From: an uncultured Eubacteriales bacterium
GTDB lineage: Bacteria; Bacillota; Clostridia; Oscillospirales; Acutalibacteraceae
DNA: 64,000 bases
NCBI GenBank assembly: GCA_964370775.1
Contig: CAYJKT010000001.1
Location: 89,542-153,541, forward strand
Direction: 5' to 3'
A program made the translations under genes and the position numbers. Shown here in pieces: positions 36,834-48,500 of the stretch (position 1 is the first letter of the stretch; the number at the start of each line of letters is the position of its first letter). The notes under the pieces are model-generated. The model was not told where the DNA came from and made no database searches. It saw only the letters and a list, made by a program, of their open reading frames with translations.

Positions 36834-37990
36834 CACTTATTTTTATTTTAAGTTTAATACTCAGTACGGTTTTTAACAAGCTGAAACTACCTAGGTTTTT
36901 AGGCATGCTTTTAACAGGTATAATACTTTCTGCATTATCGCTTATCGATGATAGTATACTTAATATATCGGCTGATTTACGAGAGATTGCACTTATAATT
37001 ATACTTACAAGAGCTGGCTTAACACTAGATTTAAAAGTGTTAAAAAAAGTTGGTAGACCAGCAATTTTAATGAGCTTTGTTCCAGCTCTTTTTGAGATTA
37101 CAGCTTACATTATTTTTGCACCTATTTTGTTCGGTTTATCAATTACTGAAGCAGCACTAATGGGTTGTGTTTTAGCTGCTGTATCTCCTGCTGTAATTCT
37201 TCCAAGAATGATAAAGCTCACAGAGGAAAAATACGGCACCAAAGAGGGTGTGCCACAGTTAATTATGGCAAGTGCAAGCATTGATGACGTGTTTGTGATA
37301 GTAATGTTTTCGGCTGTTTTAAGCATACAAATTGCTGAAATAAAATCGCTTAACGTAGTTTCTTTCACACTGATACCATTATCGATTTTACTGGGCGTTG
37401 TTATGGGAATTATAGTAGGCATTGCTTTGGTGTGGTTTTTCAAAAAGTTTAGATTACGAGATAGCACAAAGGTGATTGTTCTGCTGAGTGTGTCATTTTT
37501 GATGGTTGCGATAGAGGACTGCGCACCTGTATCAGGGCTTGTGGCTGTAATGGCTGTTGGAGGTACTTTGCTTACAAAATACTCTGATTTATCTGTAAGA
37601 ATGTCGGCTAAATTCTCAAAATTATGGGTCGCAGCAGAGATAATACTCTTTGTATTAGTCGGTGCAAATGTAGATGTTAACTATGCGATAAGGGCTGGGG
37701 GATATGCTCTGCTTTTAATATTAGTTTCCTTATGCTTTAGAGTTTTTGGAGTGTGGCTGTGCTTAATCAAAACCAAGTTAAATTATAAAGAGAGATTATT
37801 TTGCGTGTTCTCATTTTTGCCAAAGGCTACAGTTCAAGCAGCTATTGGCTCAGTTCCACTTGCGATAGGATTGCCTGGTGGTGAAATTATTTTATCTGTA
37901 GCAGTTTTAGGTATAATAATTACAGCGCCTGTTGGTGCATTTTTGATGGATTATTCTTATAAAAAATTGTTGAAACATGAAAAATCATAA
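36818..37990 (+). CDS. cation:proton antiporter (Na+/H+ exchanger family)
   Basis: 390 aa polytopic; N-terminal LILSTVFNKLKLPRFLGMLLTGIILS typical of CPA1/2 exchangers; start at MLVSFA after GGAGAG RBS. Confidence 0.7.
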   Translation: MLVSFALIFILSLILSTVFNKLKLPRFLGMLLTGIILSALSLIDDSILNISADLREIALIIILTRAGLTLDLKVLKKVGRPAILMSFVPALFEITAYIIFAPILFGLSITEAALMGCVLAAVSPAVILPRMIKLTEEKYGTKEGVPQLIMASASIDDVFVIVMFSAVLSIQIAEIKSLNVVSFTLIPLSILLGVVMGIIVGIALVWFFKKFRLRDSTKVIVLLSVSFLMVAIEDCAPVSGLVAVMAVGGTLLTKYSDLSVRMSAKFSKLWVAAEIILFVLVGANVDVNYAIRAGGYALLLILVSLCFRVFGVWLCLIKTKLNYKERLFCVFSFLPKATVQAAIGSVPLAIGLPGGEIILSVAVLGIIITAPVGAFLMDYSYKKLLKHEKS

Positions 37991-38032
37991 AAAATCATAC
38001 AACCCTCACATTACTACATTATAGTGTGAGGG

Positions 38033-38464
38033 TTAGTTAAATAATTTTGACATAACAGCGTTGTCATTATAGTCCATTGGTTGAACATCTGGGAAGTACA
38101 TGGTCATTCGGACAGCATACACGATTAAGTATATCGCTAGTATTGATAGTAGAACAATTACAGTTTTTTTGCCACCTTTTAGTAGCAATTTTGGCTTGTA
38201 ACATAGCACAATAATTAATATAGCTGTTAACCAAAACAATGGGTGCCAGTAGAAAGCTCCACGAATATCAAAACTGGACAGAGAAAAATATGCCCTAGAA
38301 ATGCCACAAGCAGGGCAAGGCAAACCTGTTGTGTTTTTTATAACGCAACCTATATCAGAGATAATTAATACGATAGAAGCAGCGACGAGTAAGATTGTTG
38401 GTTTTATGTATTTTTTATATATAATAAATCGCCTCTTTATATTGATATGCTTTAATTTTAACAA
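38033..38464 (-). CDS. DUF2752-like membrane protein with CPxCG motif
   Basis: GLPCPACGISRA motif between TM helices. Confidence 0.5.
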   Translation of the reverse strand: MLKLKHINIKRRFIIYKKYIKPTILLVAASIVLIISDIGCVIKNTTGLPCPACGISRAYFSLSSFDIRGAFYWHPLFWLTAILIIVLCYKPKLLLKGGKKTVIVLLSILAIYLIVYAVRMTMYFPDVQPMDYNDNAVMSKLFN

Positions 38465-38526
38465 TAATGTTTTAGATAGTCAAGTAGGGAGTAAGCATCA
38501 CAAACATAATTAATTTTGGGGGAACT

Positions 38527-39288
38527 ATGGAATTTTTTAAACCGATTGAAGTATATGAGAGCTTTGAGCTATTCTCTGTACCTCATCTAATTGCACTTGC
38601 TATTTTAACGGTAGCCTGTCTTGCAATTGTATTCTTACGCAAAGTAATTTTGAAAAGCGAAAAAAGAACAAGAAATCTTAGATTAACAATAGCATGGGCA
38701 TTGATTATTCAACAAACTGCGTTCTATTTGTGGAAAATTAGTGCAAACGAATTCACACTAGACCAAATTTTGCCACTCAACTTATGTAGCATAGCGATTT
38801 TTTTAGCAATCTATATATTGCTGTCACAAAACAACAGGTTTTATCCACTGTTATATTACATAGGGATGTGTGGAGCGTTGCAAGCACTTTTAACACCGAG
38901 TATGGACGGATATAATTATCCACATTTTAGATTTTTTCAGTTCTTCACAGGGCATAATCTAATAATAATTGCTATAATTTTCATGGCTTTTGTTATGCAG
39001 TACAAAGTAGACTTAAAAGATACAGTAGTAGCGTTCTTCCAACTGCAAGTTGTAGCTTTAATGGCAGGGTTAGCAAATGTTTTCACAGGCGGAAACTACA
39101 TGTTCTTGGCTAGAAAACCAGACTCAACTTCATTGTTTTCGATTATGGCAGATTGGCCATTCTATATAGTTCAATTAGAGGTAATAGTTGTGATACTAAT
39201 GCTGTTATTAAGCATACCTTACATGATACACCTTAAAAAAGACTTTGTGAAAAAAAGTAAGCTAAAGTCAATTTCACAGAATACATAA
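38527..39288 (+). CDS. integral membrane protein (YwaF/TIGR02206-like, uncertain)
   Basis: 253 aa, about 7 TM. Confidence 0.35.
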   Translation: MEFFKPIEVYESFELFSVPHLIALAILTVACLAIVFLRKVILKSEKRTRNLRLTIAWALIIQQTAFYLWKISANEFTLDQILPLNLCSIAIFLAIYILLSQNNRFYPLLYYIGMCGALQALLTPSMDGYNYPHFRFFQFFTGHNLIIIAIIFMAFVMQYKVDLKDTVVAFFQLQVVALMAGLANVFTGGNYMFLARKPDSTSLFSIMADWPFYIVQLEVIVVILMLLLSIPYMIHLKKDFVKKSKLKSISQNT

Positions 39289-39390
39289 GATAAAGAACCA
39301 AAAATTATGTTAAGAAAAGCGGTAAAAGTATTTACATTTTATCGCTTTTGTAGTAAAATAAAGAGAATAAATATGAAACGGAGCTGTCGT

Positions 39391-40095
39391 ATGGATATAA
39401 AATATAAAAGAGTGTTATTAAAATTAAGTGGTGAGTCTCTAGCTGGTGAAAAATCAAGTGGTATAGATTTTGACGTGGTTTTAGAGATGTGCAAACCTAT
39501 TAAAAAATTGGTTGAAATGGGCGTTGAAGTAGCCGTTGTTGTTGGAGGTGGTAACTTCTGGCGTGGCAGAAGCAGTGGCGATATGGACAGAACAAGAGCA
39601 GACCACATGGGTATGCTTGCAACAGTTATTAATGCATTAGGCGTGGCAGACGGATTAGAGCAAGTAGGTGTTGATGTGCGTGTTCAAACAGCTATATCTA
39701 TGCCACAAATTGCAGAGCCTTATATCAGAAACAGAGCAGTTAGACACCTTGAAAAAGGCAGAGTTGTAGTTTTTGGTTGTGGTACTGGCAATCCGTTTTT
39801 CTCAACTGACACAGGTGCAGCTTTAAGAGCAGCCGAGATTGAAGCTGACGTAATTCTAAAAGCGACTTTAGTTGACGGCGTTTATGATAGCGACCCTAAA
39901 ACTAATCCAAACGCTAAGAGATACGAACAAATTTCTTACATGGAAGTATTAAGCAACAACTTACAAGTTATGGACATGACAGCAGCTTCGTTCTGTAACG
40001 ATAAAGACATTCCGTTTTATGTATTTAGCATTGAAGACCCAGATAACATCGTTAAGGTTGTTCAAGGCGAAAACGTTGGTACATTAGTACATTAA
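39391..40095 (+). CDS. pyrH: UMP kinase
   Basis: [15 protein letters not shown]...[11 protein letters not shown]; start MDIKYKRV after GGAG. Confidence 0.9.
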   Translation: MDIKYKRVLLKLSGESLAGEKSSGIDFDVVLEMCKPIKKLVEMGVEVAVVVGGGNFWRGRSSGDMDRTRADHMGMLATVINALGVADGLEQVGVDVRVQTAISMPQIAEPYIRNRAVRHLEKGRVVVFGCGTGNPFFSTDTGAALRAAEIEADVILKATLVDGVYDSDPKTNPNAKRYEQISYMEVLSNNLQVMDMTAASFCNDKDIPFYVFSIEDPDNIVKVVQGENVGTLVH

Positions 40096-40119
40096 TTTTA
40101 TTTTTAAGAGGTAATAGTT

Positions 40120-40674
40120 ATGAAAGAGATTTTAGAAAAATCAGAAAGTAAAATGAATAAAATCATAGAAGCATTAGAGAGTGAATATGCTTCTATTAGA
40201 GCAGGAAGAGCAAACCCAGCTGTTCTTGATAAAATTATGGTTGATTATTATGGAACTCCAACTCCAATCAACCAACTTGCAGCTGTTGCAGTTGCAGAGG
40301 CTAGAGTGCTAAACATTCAACCTTGGGACGCAAGTGTTGTGTCTTCTATTGAAAAAGCTATTCAAAAATCAGAGCTAGGTGTTAACCCACAAAGCGACGG
40401 TAAATTAATCAGACTAGTTTTTCCACAACTTACAGAGGACAGACGTAAAGAGTTAGTTAAAGAGATTAGCAAAATGGCAGAGGAAAGAAAAATTGCTATC
40501 CGTGGTGTTCGCCGTGATTCTATTGAAAAACTAAAAGATTTAAAGAAAAAAAGCGAACTTACTGAGGATGATTTAAAATTTGCAGAGAAAAAAGTTCAAG
40601 ATATAACTGATAAAAAAGTTAAAGATATTGAAAGTATTGCTGCTGCTAAAGAGAAAGAAGTGCTTTCTATCTAA
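40120..40674 (+). CDS. frr: ribosome recycling factor
   Basis: 184 aa; ESEYASIRAGRANPAVLDKIMVDYYG. Confidence 0.9.
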   Translation: MKEILEKSESKMNKIIEALESEYASIRAGRANPAVLDKIMVDYYGTPTPINQLAAVAVAEARVLNIQPWDASVVSSIEKAIQKSELGVNPQSDGKLIRLVFPQLTEDRRKELVKEISKMAEERKIAIRGVRRDSIEKLKDLKKKSELTEDDLKFAEKKVQDITDKKVKDIESIAAAKEKEVLSI

Positions 40675-40694
40675 GATTAGCACACGGAGTGAAA

Positions 40695-41411
40695 ATGCCG
40701 ATATTTAAAAAAGATAAATTAGTTATGCCTGACCACGTTGCTGTTATTATGGACGGCAACGGAAGATGGGCAAAAAAACGTGGTTTGCCTCGCACAGCTG
40801 GACACACCAAAGGTGCAGCTAATTTTAAAACTATAACAAAGTATGCCTCAGACATAGGTATTAAATACTTTACAGTATATGCTTTTTCTACAGAAAATTG
40901 GAGCAGACCAAAAGATGAAGTTAGTATGCTTATGAAGATATTTAAGGATTACTTAAATGAAGCTTTAACAGACTTTTTACACGAAAATATCAAGATTAAT
41001 TTTATAGGAGATACCTCTAAGTTCTCTCCTGAATTAATTGATTTAATAGAGCGAGTAAAAGAAGGCTCTGCAAGTAAAACTGGCATGGTTTTAAATCTTG
41101 CCCTAAATTATGGTGGCAGAGACGAAATAACAAGAGCTGTTAAAATTATTGCAGAACAGTATAAAAATGGCGAGATTGATGAAATTACTGAACAGGATAT
41201 AGAGAATAATCTGTATACTAATAATCAGCCAGACCCAGATATTATTATTAGACCGAGTGGAGAAGAACGACTATCTAACTTTATGCTGTGGCAATCTGCT
41301 TATTCAGAATTTATCTACTTTGATATTCTGTGGCCTGATTTCAAAAAAAGCGATTTAGATAAGGCTATAGAGATTTATAATGGAAGGAACAGACGTTTTG
41401 GTGGGGTGTAA
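40695..41411 (+). CDS. uppS: isoprenyl transferase (undecaprenyl diphosphate synthase)
   Basis: HVAVIMDGNGRWAKKRGLPR...FSTENWSRP. Confidence 0.9.
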   Translation: MPIFKKDKLVMPDHVAVIMDGNGRWAKKRGLPRTAGHTKGAANFKTITKYASDIGIKYFTVYAFSTENWSRPKDEVSMLMKIFKDYLNEALTDFLHENIKINFIGDTSKFSPELIDLIERVKEGSASKTGMVLNLALNYGGRDEITRAVKIIAEQYKNGEIDEITEQDIENNLYTNNQPDPDIIIRPSGEERLSNFMLWQSAYSEFIYFDILWPDFKKSDLDKAIEIYNGRNRRFGGV

Positions 41412-41436
41412 TACGTCTTTGCGGTGATATAAGTTT

Positions 41437-42267
41437 ATGAAACAAAGGGTAATATCAAGCGTAGTAATATCTTTGATGTTAATTGCACTATTGATATTTA
41501 ACAGCACATTTCCAGTATTGTTAAACATAAGCATAGGGTTGGCTTCTGCTTTTTGTGTTCACGAATTAATAGTGGCATCTGGTTTATTAAAACACTGGAT
41601 GCTCTATTTTCCGTCGATTTCAGTAGCATTTGCACTGCCGTTATTTGGGATTTTTAATGTGTCTGAAATGCTCGTGGTATACGCTTTTTATTCATTCATA
41701 ATGTTCACGTCTTTAATAATTTATCATAGGTCAGTAACATTTAAAGACCTAGCGATTATATACAGCATGTCTATTTTAATACCGTCAGCACTACAAACAA
41801 TTGTTTTAAGCAGAGAGTTAAACAGTACTTACGGAATGATATATGCAATTTTATCCGTAGTTTGTGCGTGGATACCAGATATTGGAGCATTTTTGGTAGG
41901 CGTTAACTTTGGAAAAACTAAGCTTTGCCCAGAAATTAGCCCTAAAAAAACGGTTGAAGGCTTATTTGGTGGAATTGGATTTTCTGTTGTGCTAGTGCTT
42001 GCAATTGGTGTAGTATCTTCATTATTCTATTTTGGAGACATCGACTCAATAAGCTATGTTCCTTTAATAATTTTAGGATTATTAGCACCGATTACAGCAA
42101 CAATTGGAGATTTAAGCTTCTCTTTAATTAAAAGAAGTTGTGGAATAAAAGATTTTGGACAAATTATACCAGGACATGGTGGTTTGTTAGATAGATTTGA
42201 CAGTGTTACATTTACAGCACCATTAGTTTTTCTAGTGTTGTCATATTTCCCAATGTTTTTATCATAA
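41437..42267 (+). CDS. cdsA: phosphatidate cytidylyltransferase
   Basis: C-terminal GDLSFSLIKRSCGIKDFGQIIPGHGGLLDRFDS. Confidence 0.85.
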   Translation: MKQRVISSVVISLMLIALLIFNSTFPVLLNISIGLASAFCVHELIVASGLLKHWMLYFPSISVAFALPLFGIFNVSEMLVVYAFYSFIMFTSLIIYHRSVTFKDLAIIYSMSILIPSALQTIVLSRELNSTYGMIYAILSVVCAWIPDIGAFLVGVNFGKTKLCPEISPKKTVEGLFGGIGFSVVLVLAIGVVSSLFYFGDIDSISYVPLIILGLLAPITATIGDLSFSLIKRSCGIKDFGQIIPGHGGLLDRFDSVTFTAPLVFLVLSYFPMFLS

Positions 42268-42287
42268 TAATAAATGGAGTTATATTA

Positions 42288-43436
42288 ATGAAAAAAATAA
42301 CATTATTAGGTAGCACCGGTTCAATTGGTGTTCAATGTTTAGAAGTAGTAAGAATGCATAGTGACAAGTTTAAAATTCAAACGCTTGCTGTGCGCTCTAA
42401 TATAATAGAGCTCGAAAGTCAAATTAGAGAATTTAAACCGCAAGCAGTTGCGGTTTTTGACTTAAATTCAGCTAAATTATTAAAAGAAAAAGTAGCAGAT
42501 ACAGGCGTAAAAGTGCTTTCTGGTATAGAAGGAATATGCGAGTTAGTTAGAGAGTACGACTGCGATTTTGTGCTTAACTCTGTAACAGGTATGGTAGGTT
42601 TAAAGCCGACTTTAACAGCTGTGGAATGTGGTAAAACTTTGGCGCTTGCAAACAAAGAAAGCCTTGTAACAGGTGGTGAACTTGTTATGAAAAAAGCTAA
42701 GGAGACAGGTGCGTTAATCTTGCCAGTTGATAGCGAACATTCTGCGATTTTTCAGTGCTTAAATACAAAACATCATACAGACGATTTAAAAAGAATAATC
42801 ATAACAGCTTCTGGTGGGCCTTTCTTTGGAAAAGACAGAGAATATTTAAAAACTGTTACGCCAGAAATGGCACTAAAGCACCCAAACTGGGACATGGGGA
42901 GTAGAATTACAATTGACAGTGCGACCATGTTTAACAAAGGGTTGGAGGTTATAGAGGCTAAATGGATTTTTGACTTACAGCCTGAGCAAATTGATGTTGT
43001 GGTTCACAGAGAGAGCATAGTTCACTCACTGGTTGAGTTTAACGATAATTCTGTTTTAGCACAATTAGGTGTGCCAGACATGCGAATACCTATTCAATAT
43101 GCTTTGACATACCCTACAAGAATTCCGTCCCCAGTTAAGCAGTTGAACTTATGGGATTATCAGAACTTGTCGTTCTATAAAGCAGATGAAAAAACCTTTA
43201 AATGCCTAGCAGTTTGCAAAAATGCAATGGTTAGAGGTGGTCTTGCACCAACAGCTGCTAACGGAGCAGACGAGGAAGCTGTAAAGCTGTTTTTAAACAA
43301 CAAAATTAGCTTTACTGACATTGGAGACTTGGTAGAAGCAGCAACAGCTAACCAAAAAGACGTTACAAGTTTTGATTTAGAAGATTTAATTGAAGCTGAT
43401 AGAATAGCGAGAGAATACGTATTAAACAATATTTAG
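42288..43436 (+). CDS. dxr: 1-deoxy-D-xylulose 5-phosphate reductoisomerase
   Basis: KKITLLGSTGSIGVQCLEVV, LANKESLV. Confidence 0.9.
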   Translation: MKKITLLGSTGSIGVQCLEVVRMHSDKFKIQTLAVRSNIIELESQIREFKPQAVAVFDLNSAKLLKEKVADTGVKVLSGIEGICELVREYDCDFVLNSVTGMVGLKPTLTAVECGKTLALANKESLVTGGELVMKKAKETGALILPVDSEHSAIFQCLNTKHHTDDLKRIIITASGGPFFGKDREYLKTVTPEMALKHPNWDMGSRITIDSATMFNKGLEVIEAKWIFDLQPEQIDVVVHRESIVHSLVEFNDNSVLAQLGVPDMRIPIQYALTYPTRIPSPVKQLNLWDYQNLSFYKADEKTFKCLAVCKNAMVRGGLAPTAANGADEEAVKLFLNNKISFTDIGDLVEAATANQKDVTSFDLEDLIEADRIAREYVLNNI

Positions 43437-43446
43437 GAGGTAATTC

Positions 43447-44502
43447 GTGATTAATGGAATAATATTGATAGTAGCAGGTATTTTACTTTTCAACTTGATA
43501 ATATTTGTGCATGAGTTCGGTCATTTCTTCACAGCAAAAATGTCTGGTATGCTTGTACACGAGTTTGCATTAGGAATGGGGCCGAAGTTTTTCAGCTTCA
43601 CAAAAGGTGAGACGGTATATTCTTTAAGGCTTTTTCCTATAGGTGGATTTTGCGACATTGAGGGCGAGAACGGAGACACAGGAAACGACAGATCTTTTGC
43701 TAGTAAACCGATTTGGAAAAGAATGATTGTTATCATCACTGGTGCGATAATGAATATTATCTTAGGTATAATTTTTATGTCAGTGTTACTTGTTCAACAA
43801 GATTTACTTCCGTATCCTATGATAGCTGACTTTGCCGAAAACTCTAAATTTGAGCAAGCAGGTTTAAGTGTAGGAGACACTATCACAGAAGTTGATGGAT
43901 ATGCGATATATTCAGAGAAAGATTTATCTTTTGCGTTAGCGATAGCAGACCCTAATTCAGTAGATTTAGAGGTGGAGAGAGCTGGCGAAAAGCTAGAGTT
44001 CACAGATATTACACTAGACAGCGAAGAGATGAGTGGCAGAACTGTAACGGTAATGGATTTTTACATCTATGGTGAGCCGATTTCGTTCACAGGAGTTATC
44101 GAAAAAACATTTGTAGACTCACTTTCAATCATAAGAATGGTTTTGGCTAGCTTAGAGGGCTTAGTTACAGGTGAGTTCGGATTTAACGAGGTATCAGGAC
44201 CGATTGGTGCGACACAAGCGATTGCAGAGGCGGCTTCTGTTGGTTTGCAAGAAAGCTTGATTGCTGGCTTTAACAACATTCTATTTATGATGGCAGTTAT
44301 TAGCATAAATTTAGGTGTGTTCAACCTTTTACCAATCCCAGCACTTGACGGTGGCAGATTTGTTTTCTTGTTAATAGAACTGATTTTTAGAAAACCTGTA
44401 CCAGAAAAAGTAGAGACTTATGTAAACACAGCAGGCTTTGTAGTGCTTATAGGATTTATGGTAGTAGTGGCGTTTAAAGATGTTTACTATTTGTTTGTAT
44501 AA
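43447..44502 (+). CDS. rseP: RIP metalloprotease RseP (site-2 protease)
   Basis: HEFGHFFTAKMSG (HExxH), PDZ region, C-terminal LDGG. Confidence 0.85.
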   Translation: MINGIILIVAGILLFNLIIFVHEFGHFFTAKMSGMLVHEFALGMGPKFFSFTKGETVYSLRLFPIGGFCDIEGENGDTGNDRSFASKPIWKRMIVIITGAIMNIILGIIFMSVLLVQQDLLPYPMIADFAENSKFEQAGLSVGDTITEVDGYAIYSEKDLSFALAIADPNSVDLEVERAGEKLEFTDITLDSEEMSGRTVTVMDFYIYGEPISFTGVIEKTFVDSLSIIRMVLASLEGLVTGEFGFNEVSGPIGATQAIAEAASVGLQESLIAGFNNILFMMAVISINLGVFNLLPIPALDGGRFVFLLIELIFRKPVPEKVETYVNTAGFVVLIGFMVVVAFKDVYYLFV

Positions 44503-44519
44503 TTGATATAGAGGATAAT

Positions 44520-45566
44520 ATGACTAGGAAAACGACAAAAAAAATTAAGATAGGCAACACTGAGATTGGTGGACTTAGCTCTGTGAAAATACAATCTATG
44601 CTTAATGTTCACCACAGCAATGTGGAGGGCAATGTAGAGCAAGCAGTTAGGCTAGAAAAAGCTGGGTGCGAGATTGTGCGTGTGGCTATTCCAAATGCTG
44701 AAGCTGTAAAGCTAATTCCATCAATTAAAAAAGAGATTAGTATTCCGTTGGTTGCAGACATTCATTTTGATTACAAATTAGCGTTGTTATCTTGCGAAAA
44801 TGGAATTGATAAAATTAGAATAAACCCAGGAAATATCGGAAATGATGACAGAGTTAAAGAGGTTGTAAATGCGTGTAAATCTCGTAATATTCCTATTAGA
44901 ATAGGAGTGAATTCTGGCTCTGTTGAAAAGCATATTTTAGAGAAATATAAGTCTCCAACTCCAAGAGCTTTGTGCGAAAGTGCGATGTACCACGTGAACT
45001 TGCTAGAGAAATTCGACTTTACAGACATAGCAATATCTATTAAATCTTCTGATGTTGTTAAGATGATAGAAGCGTATGAACTGATGAGCGAAATGGTTGA
45101 TTATCCGTTGCATTTAGGTGTGACAGAGGCAGGCACTGCCCACATGGGACTTGTGAAATCTGCTGTAGGAATTGGCAGTTTGTTGGCTCACGGAATTGGC
45201 GACACGATAAGGGTATCTCTAACAGCTGACCCAGTGGAAGAAATCGCTGCTGCTAAAGATATTTTGAAATCTTTAGGAATGAGAAAAGGCATTAAGTTTG
45301 TGTCATGCCCAACTTGTGGCAGAACTAGCATAGATTTAATAGGTCTTGCAAGCAAAGTAGAAAAAGCCTTAGAAAACTGCGAAAAAGACATCACCGTTGC
45401 TATTATGGGTTGCGAGGTTAACGGACCAGGTGAAGCTAAAGAAGCCGATATTGGTGTAGCTGGTGGCAAGGGAATAGGTCTTATATTTAAAAAAGGGCAG
45501 ATACTGAAAAGAGTTAATGAAGATGAATTGCTAGGCACTTTATTAGAAGAAGTCGAAAAATTATAA
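44520..45566 (+). CDS. ispG: 4-hydroxy-3-methylbut-2-en-1-yl diphosphate synthase
   Basis: GcpE motifs incl. CPTCGRT and GCEVNGPGE. Confidence 0.9.
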   Translation: MTRKTTKKIKIGNTEIGGLSSVKIQSMLNVHHSNVEGNVEQAVRLEKAGCEIVRVAIPNAEAVKLIPSIKKEISIPLVADIHFDYKLALLSCENGIDKIRINPGNIGNDDRVKEVVNACKSRNIPIRIGVNSGSVEKHILEKYKSPTPRALCESAMYHVNLLEKFDFTDIAISIKSSDVVKMIEAYELMSEMVDYPLHLGVTEAGTAHMGLVKSAVGIGSLLAHGIGDTIRVSLTADPVEEIAAAKDILKSLGMRKGIKFVSCPTCGRTSIDLIGLASKVEKALENCEKDITVAIMGCEVNGPGEAKEADIGVAGGKGIGLIFKKGQILKRVNEDELLGTLLEEVEKL

Positions 45567-45575
45567 GGGGTAAAA

Positions 45576-48500
45576 GTGAAATTAATATCAGCTTTTTTTG
45601 AAAAAGAAATTAGTAAAAATAATTTAAGTGAAAATTTATTAAAAGGCGAGATAGTGGGTTTGGACGTAAACAAATCCACTGATTTTGTATGTATTGATGT
45701 TAGGTTTGATGAGTTTTGTAAGTATTCAGATATAGCAGAGCTTGCAAAAAGCCTTGGCGAGACACTTAACTTAAAAAAAGTTATTATCAACCCTAAGTTT
45801 AATAAAGAACAATTCTGTGCTGACTGTTTTAGCTCTTTGGCTGAGAAAATCAAAGAAGAAGATAGAACAATTAATGGTACGTTTAAAGATAGCACAGCCG
45901 AATTAGAAAACAATATTTTAACCATAACTTTGGCGCATGGTGGCTTGATTATGCTTAAAACAAAAAAAGCAGATAGCAAGTTGAAAGCCTTAGCCAAGCA
46001 ATGGTTTGATGTGAATATAGATATAAAATTTTGTGGTAAAACGTCAATTGATAACCAAGAAGAAAGCGTAATTGAGAAGATAAGAAACGAGCAAGTAAAG
46101 GCGATTAGAGAAGCAGCTGTAGAGAAAATAGAGCTTTATGAAAAGAAAATGGAGCTTAAACGCACCGAGCGTAAAATCAGCGTAAGAACTGGTAGCAATC
46201 TAATGCCGTCAATTATCCCAGAAACTGTGAGACCGGTAGTCGGAAACCTCACAAAACAGCCAATTGTGCCAATAGATAGTATATCTATTGAAGACGGCGT
46301 GGTTAACGTGTGGGGTGACATTTTTGCGCTTGAAAGTAAAGATACTAAAGACAAAAGGTGGAAGATTTATTCTATTGATATAACGGATTATACATCTTCT
46401 GTAACGATAAAAATTATTCAAGAATATGACAAATGCAAAGAGATTGACACTATTAAAAAAGGTGACACAATTGTTGTTAGAGGTAACTTGAAAAACGACA
46501 AGTACGACAGAGAAGACGTGCTTGAAATGCGTGCGATTGGCAAAGTAGAGAAGCTTGAAGTCAGTGATAACGCAATGAACAAAAGGGTTGAACTTCACCT
46601 ACATACGAATATGTCGTCTATGGATGCAATCAACCAACCAGGCGAGTTGATTAAGCGAGCACACAGTTGGGGGCACAGAGCAGTTGCGATTACTGACCAC
46701 GGAGTAGCACAGGCGTTCCCAGAGGCTATGAACACAGTAAACAGGTTAAAAGATGATGATTTTAAGGTTATCTACGGAATTGAAGCATATTATGTAAACG
46801 ACTTAGTACAAGCAGTTACTGGTGAGGACGACAGAGAGCTTGATAGTGAATTTATCTGTTTTGACTTAGAGACAACTGGTTTTTCTCCAAAGAGTGAAAG
46901 AATTACAGAGATTGGTGCTGTTAAGATTGTTAATGGAGAGGTTACGGATACATTCGCAAGCTTTGTTAACCCACAAAAGCCAATTAGTGCAAAGATTACA
47001 GAGATAACAGGTATCACAGATGCTATGGTGAAAGATGCACCATTGGACTTAGAAGCAGTTACGAATTTTCTTGAATTTTGTGGAGATAACCCTGTTTTGG
47101 TGGCTCATAATGCAAGTTTTGACATGAGCTTTATTAATGCTGTTTGCAAAAGAGAAAACATTGATTTTAGCTGTACTTATATCGACACAGTAACTATGAG
47201 TAGGTCAATGCTTGTTGACCTTAAAAATGCGAAGTTAAACACTGTTGCAAAGTATTTGAAATTAGGCGAGTTTAACCACCACAGAGCAGTTGATGATGCG
47301 AAAATTCTTGGTGAGATTTTCAAAAACTTTTTGCTTAGATTAAAAGAAGATTATTACATAAACAATATAAAAGAGATTAACTCAGCTCTTGCTGGTGGCG
47401 ACCCTAAAAAATTGCCGACAAACCATGCGATAATTTTAGTTAAAAACTTAGTAGGACTTAAAAATCTATATAAAATAGTGTCTGCTGGGCATTTGAACTA
47501 CTTCTTTAAAAGACCTAGAACTCCAAAAAGCTTTTTGGATAAGCATAGAGAGGGATTGATTATTGGTTCTGCTTGTGAAGCTGGCGAGCTGTACAAAGCG
47601 GTTATGAGAGGCGACAATAAAACGGAGCTTGAAAGAATTGCGAAGTATTATGACTATTTAGAAATTCAACCTGTTGCTAATAACATGTTCATGGTTAGAA
47701 AAGGCACTTGCACAGAAGACGATATAAGAGGATATAACAGAACAATTGTTAACCTTGGTGAAAAGCTTAGTATACCAGTTGTTGCGACTGGCGACGTGCA
47801 TTTTCTTGACCCAAAAGACGCAGCATATAGAAAAGTGCTTATGACTGCACAAGGCTTTAAAGATGCAGACGAGCAAGCACCACTTTACTTGAAAACAACG
47901 GATGAAATGCTAGACGAATTTGCGTATTTAGGTAAAGAAAAAGCGTATGAAGTTGTGGTAGAAAACACAAATAAAATAGCTGATATGGTAGAGAAAATCA
48001 AACCGATACCAGACGGCGTTTTTCCTCCTTTTATTGACGGAGCAGAGGAGGAACTGATTAGAATTACAGAGGAGAGAACCAAAGAAAAATACGGAGACCC
48101 TCTGCCTGATATAGTGGAAAAAAGATTAAAAAAAGAACTAACTTCAATCACGAAACACGGTTTCTCAGTTCTTTATATGACTGCTCAAAAACTTGTGGCA
48201 GACAGCGAAGCTCACGGATATTTGGTAGGTTCTAGAGGTTCGGTTGGTTCATCATTTGTTGCGAGTATGTCAGGTATAAGTGAGGTTAACCCACTCGAAC
48301 CACATTATATATGCAAATCTTGTAAATATAGTCAGTTCTTTGTTGAGGGCGAATATGGCTCTGGCTTTGATTTACCTCCTAAAACTTGCCCAAATTGTGG
48401 AGAAGAACTAGACAGAGACGGACACACAATTCCGTTTGAGACTTTCTTGGGATTTGACGGAGATAAAACGCCTGATATCGACCTTAACTTCTCTGGTGAA

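Noticed and set aside
45188-45997. 269-aa ORF on minus strand spanning the ispG/polC junction, plus many other 60-175-aa antisense ORFs (e.g. 227-460, 6725-7102, 8011-8412, 13007-13651, 17852-18322, 22572-23024, 27025-27552, 52382-52825, 63095-63712)
   Set aside because: They lie entirely within well-supported genes on the opposite strand, have low-complexity Ser/Leu/Phe-rich translations, no RBS and no recognisable motifs; expected noise in an AT-rich genome.
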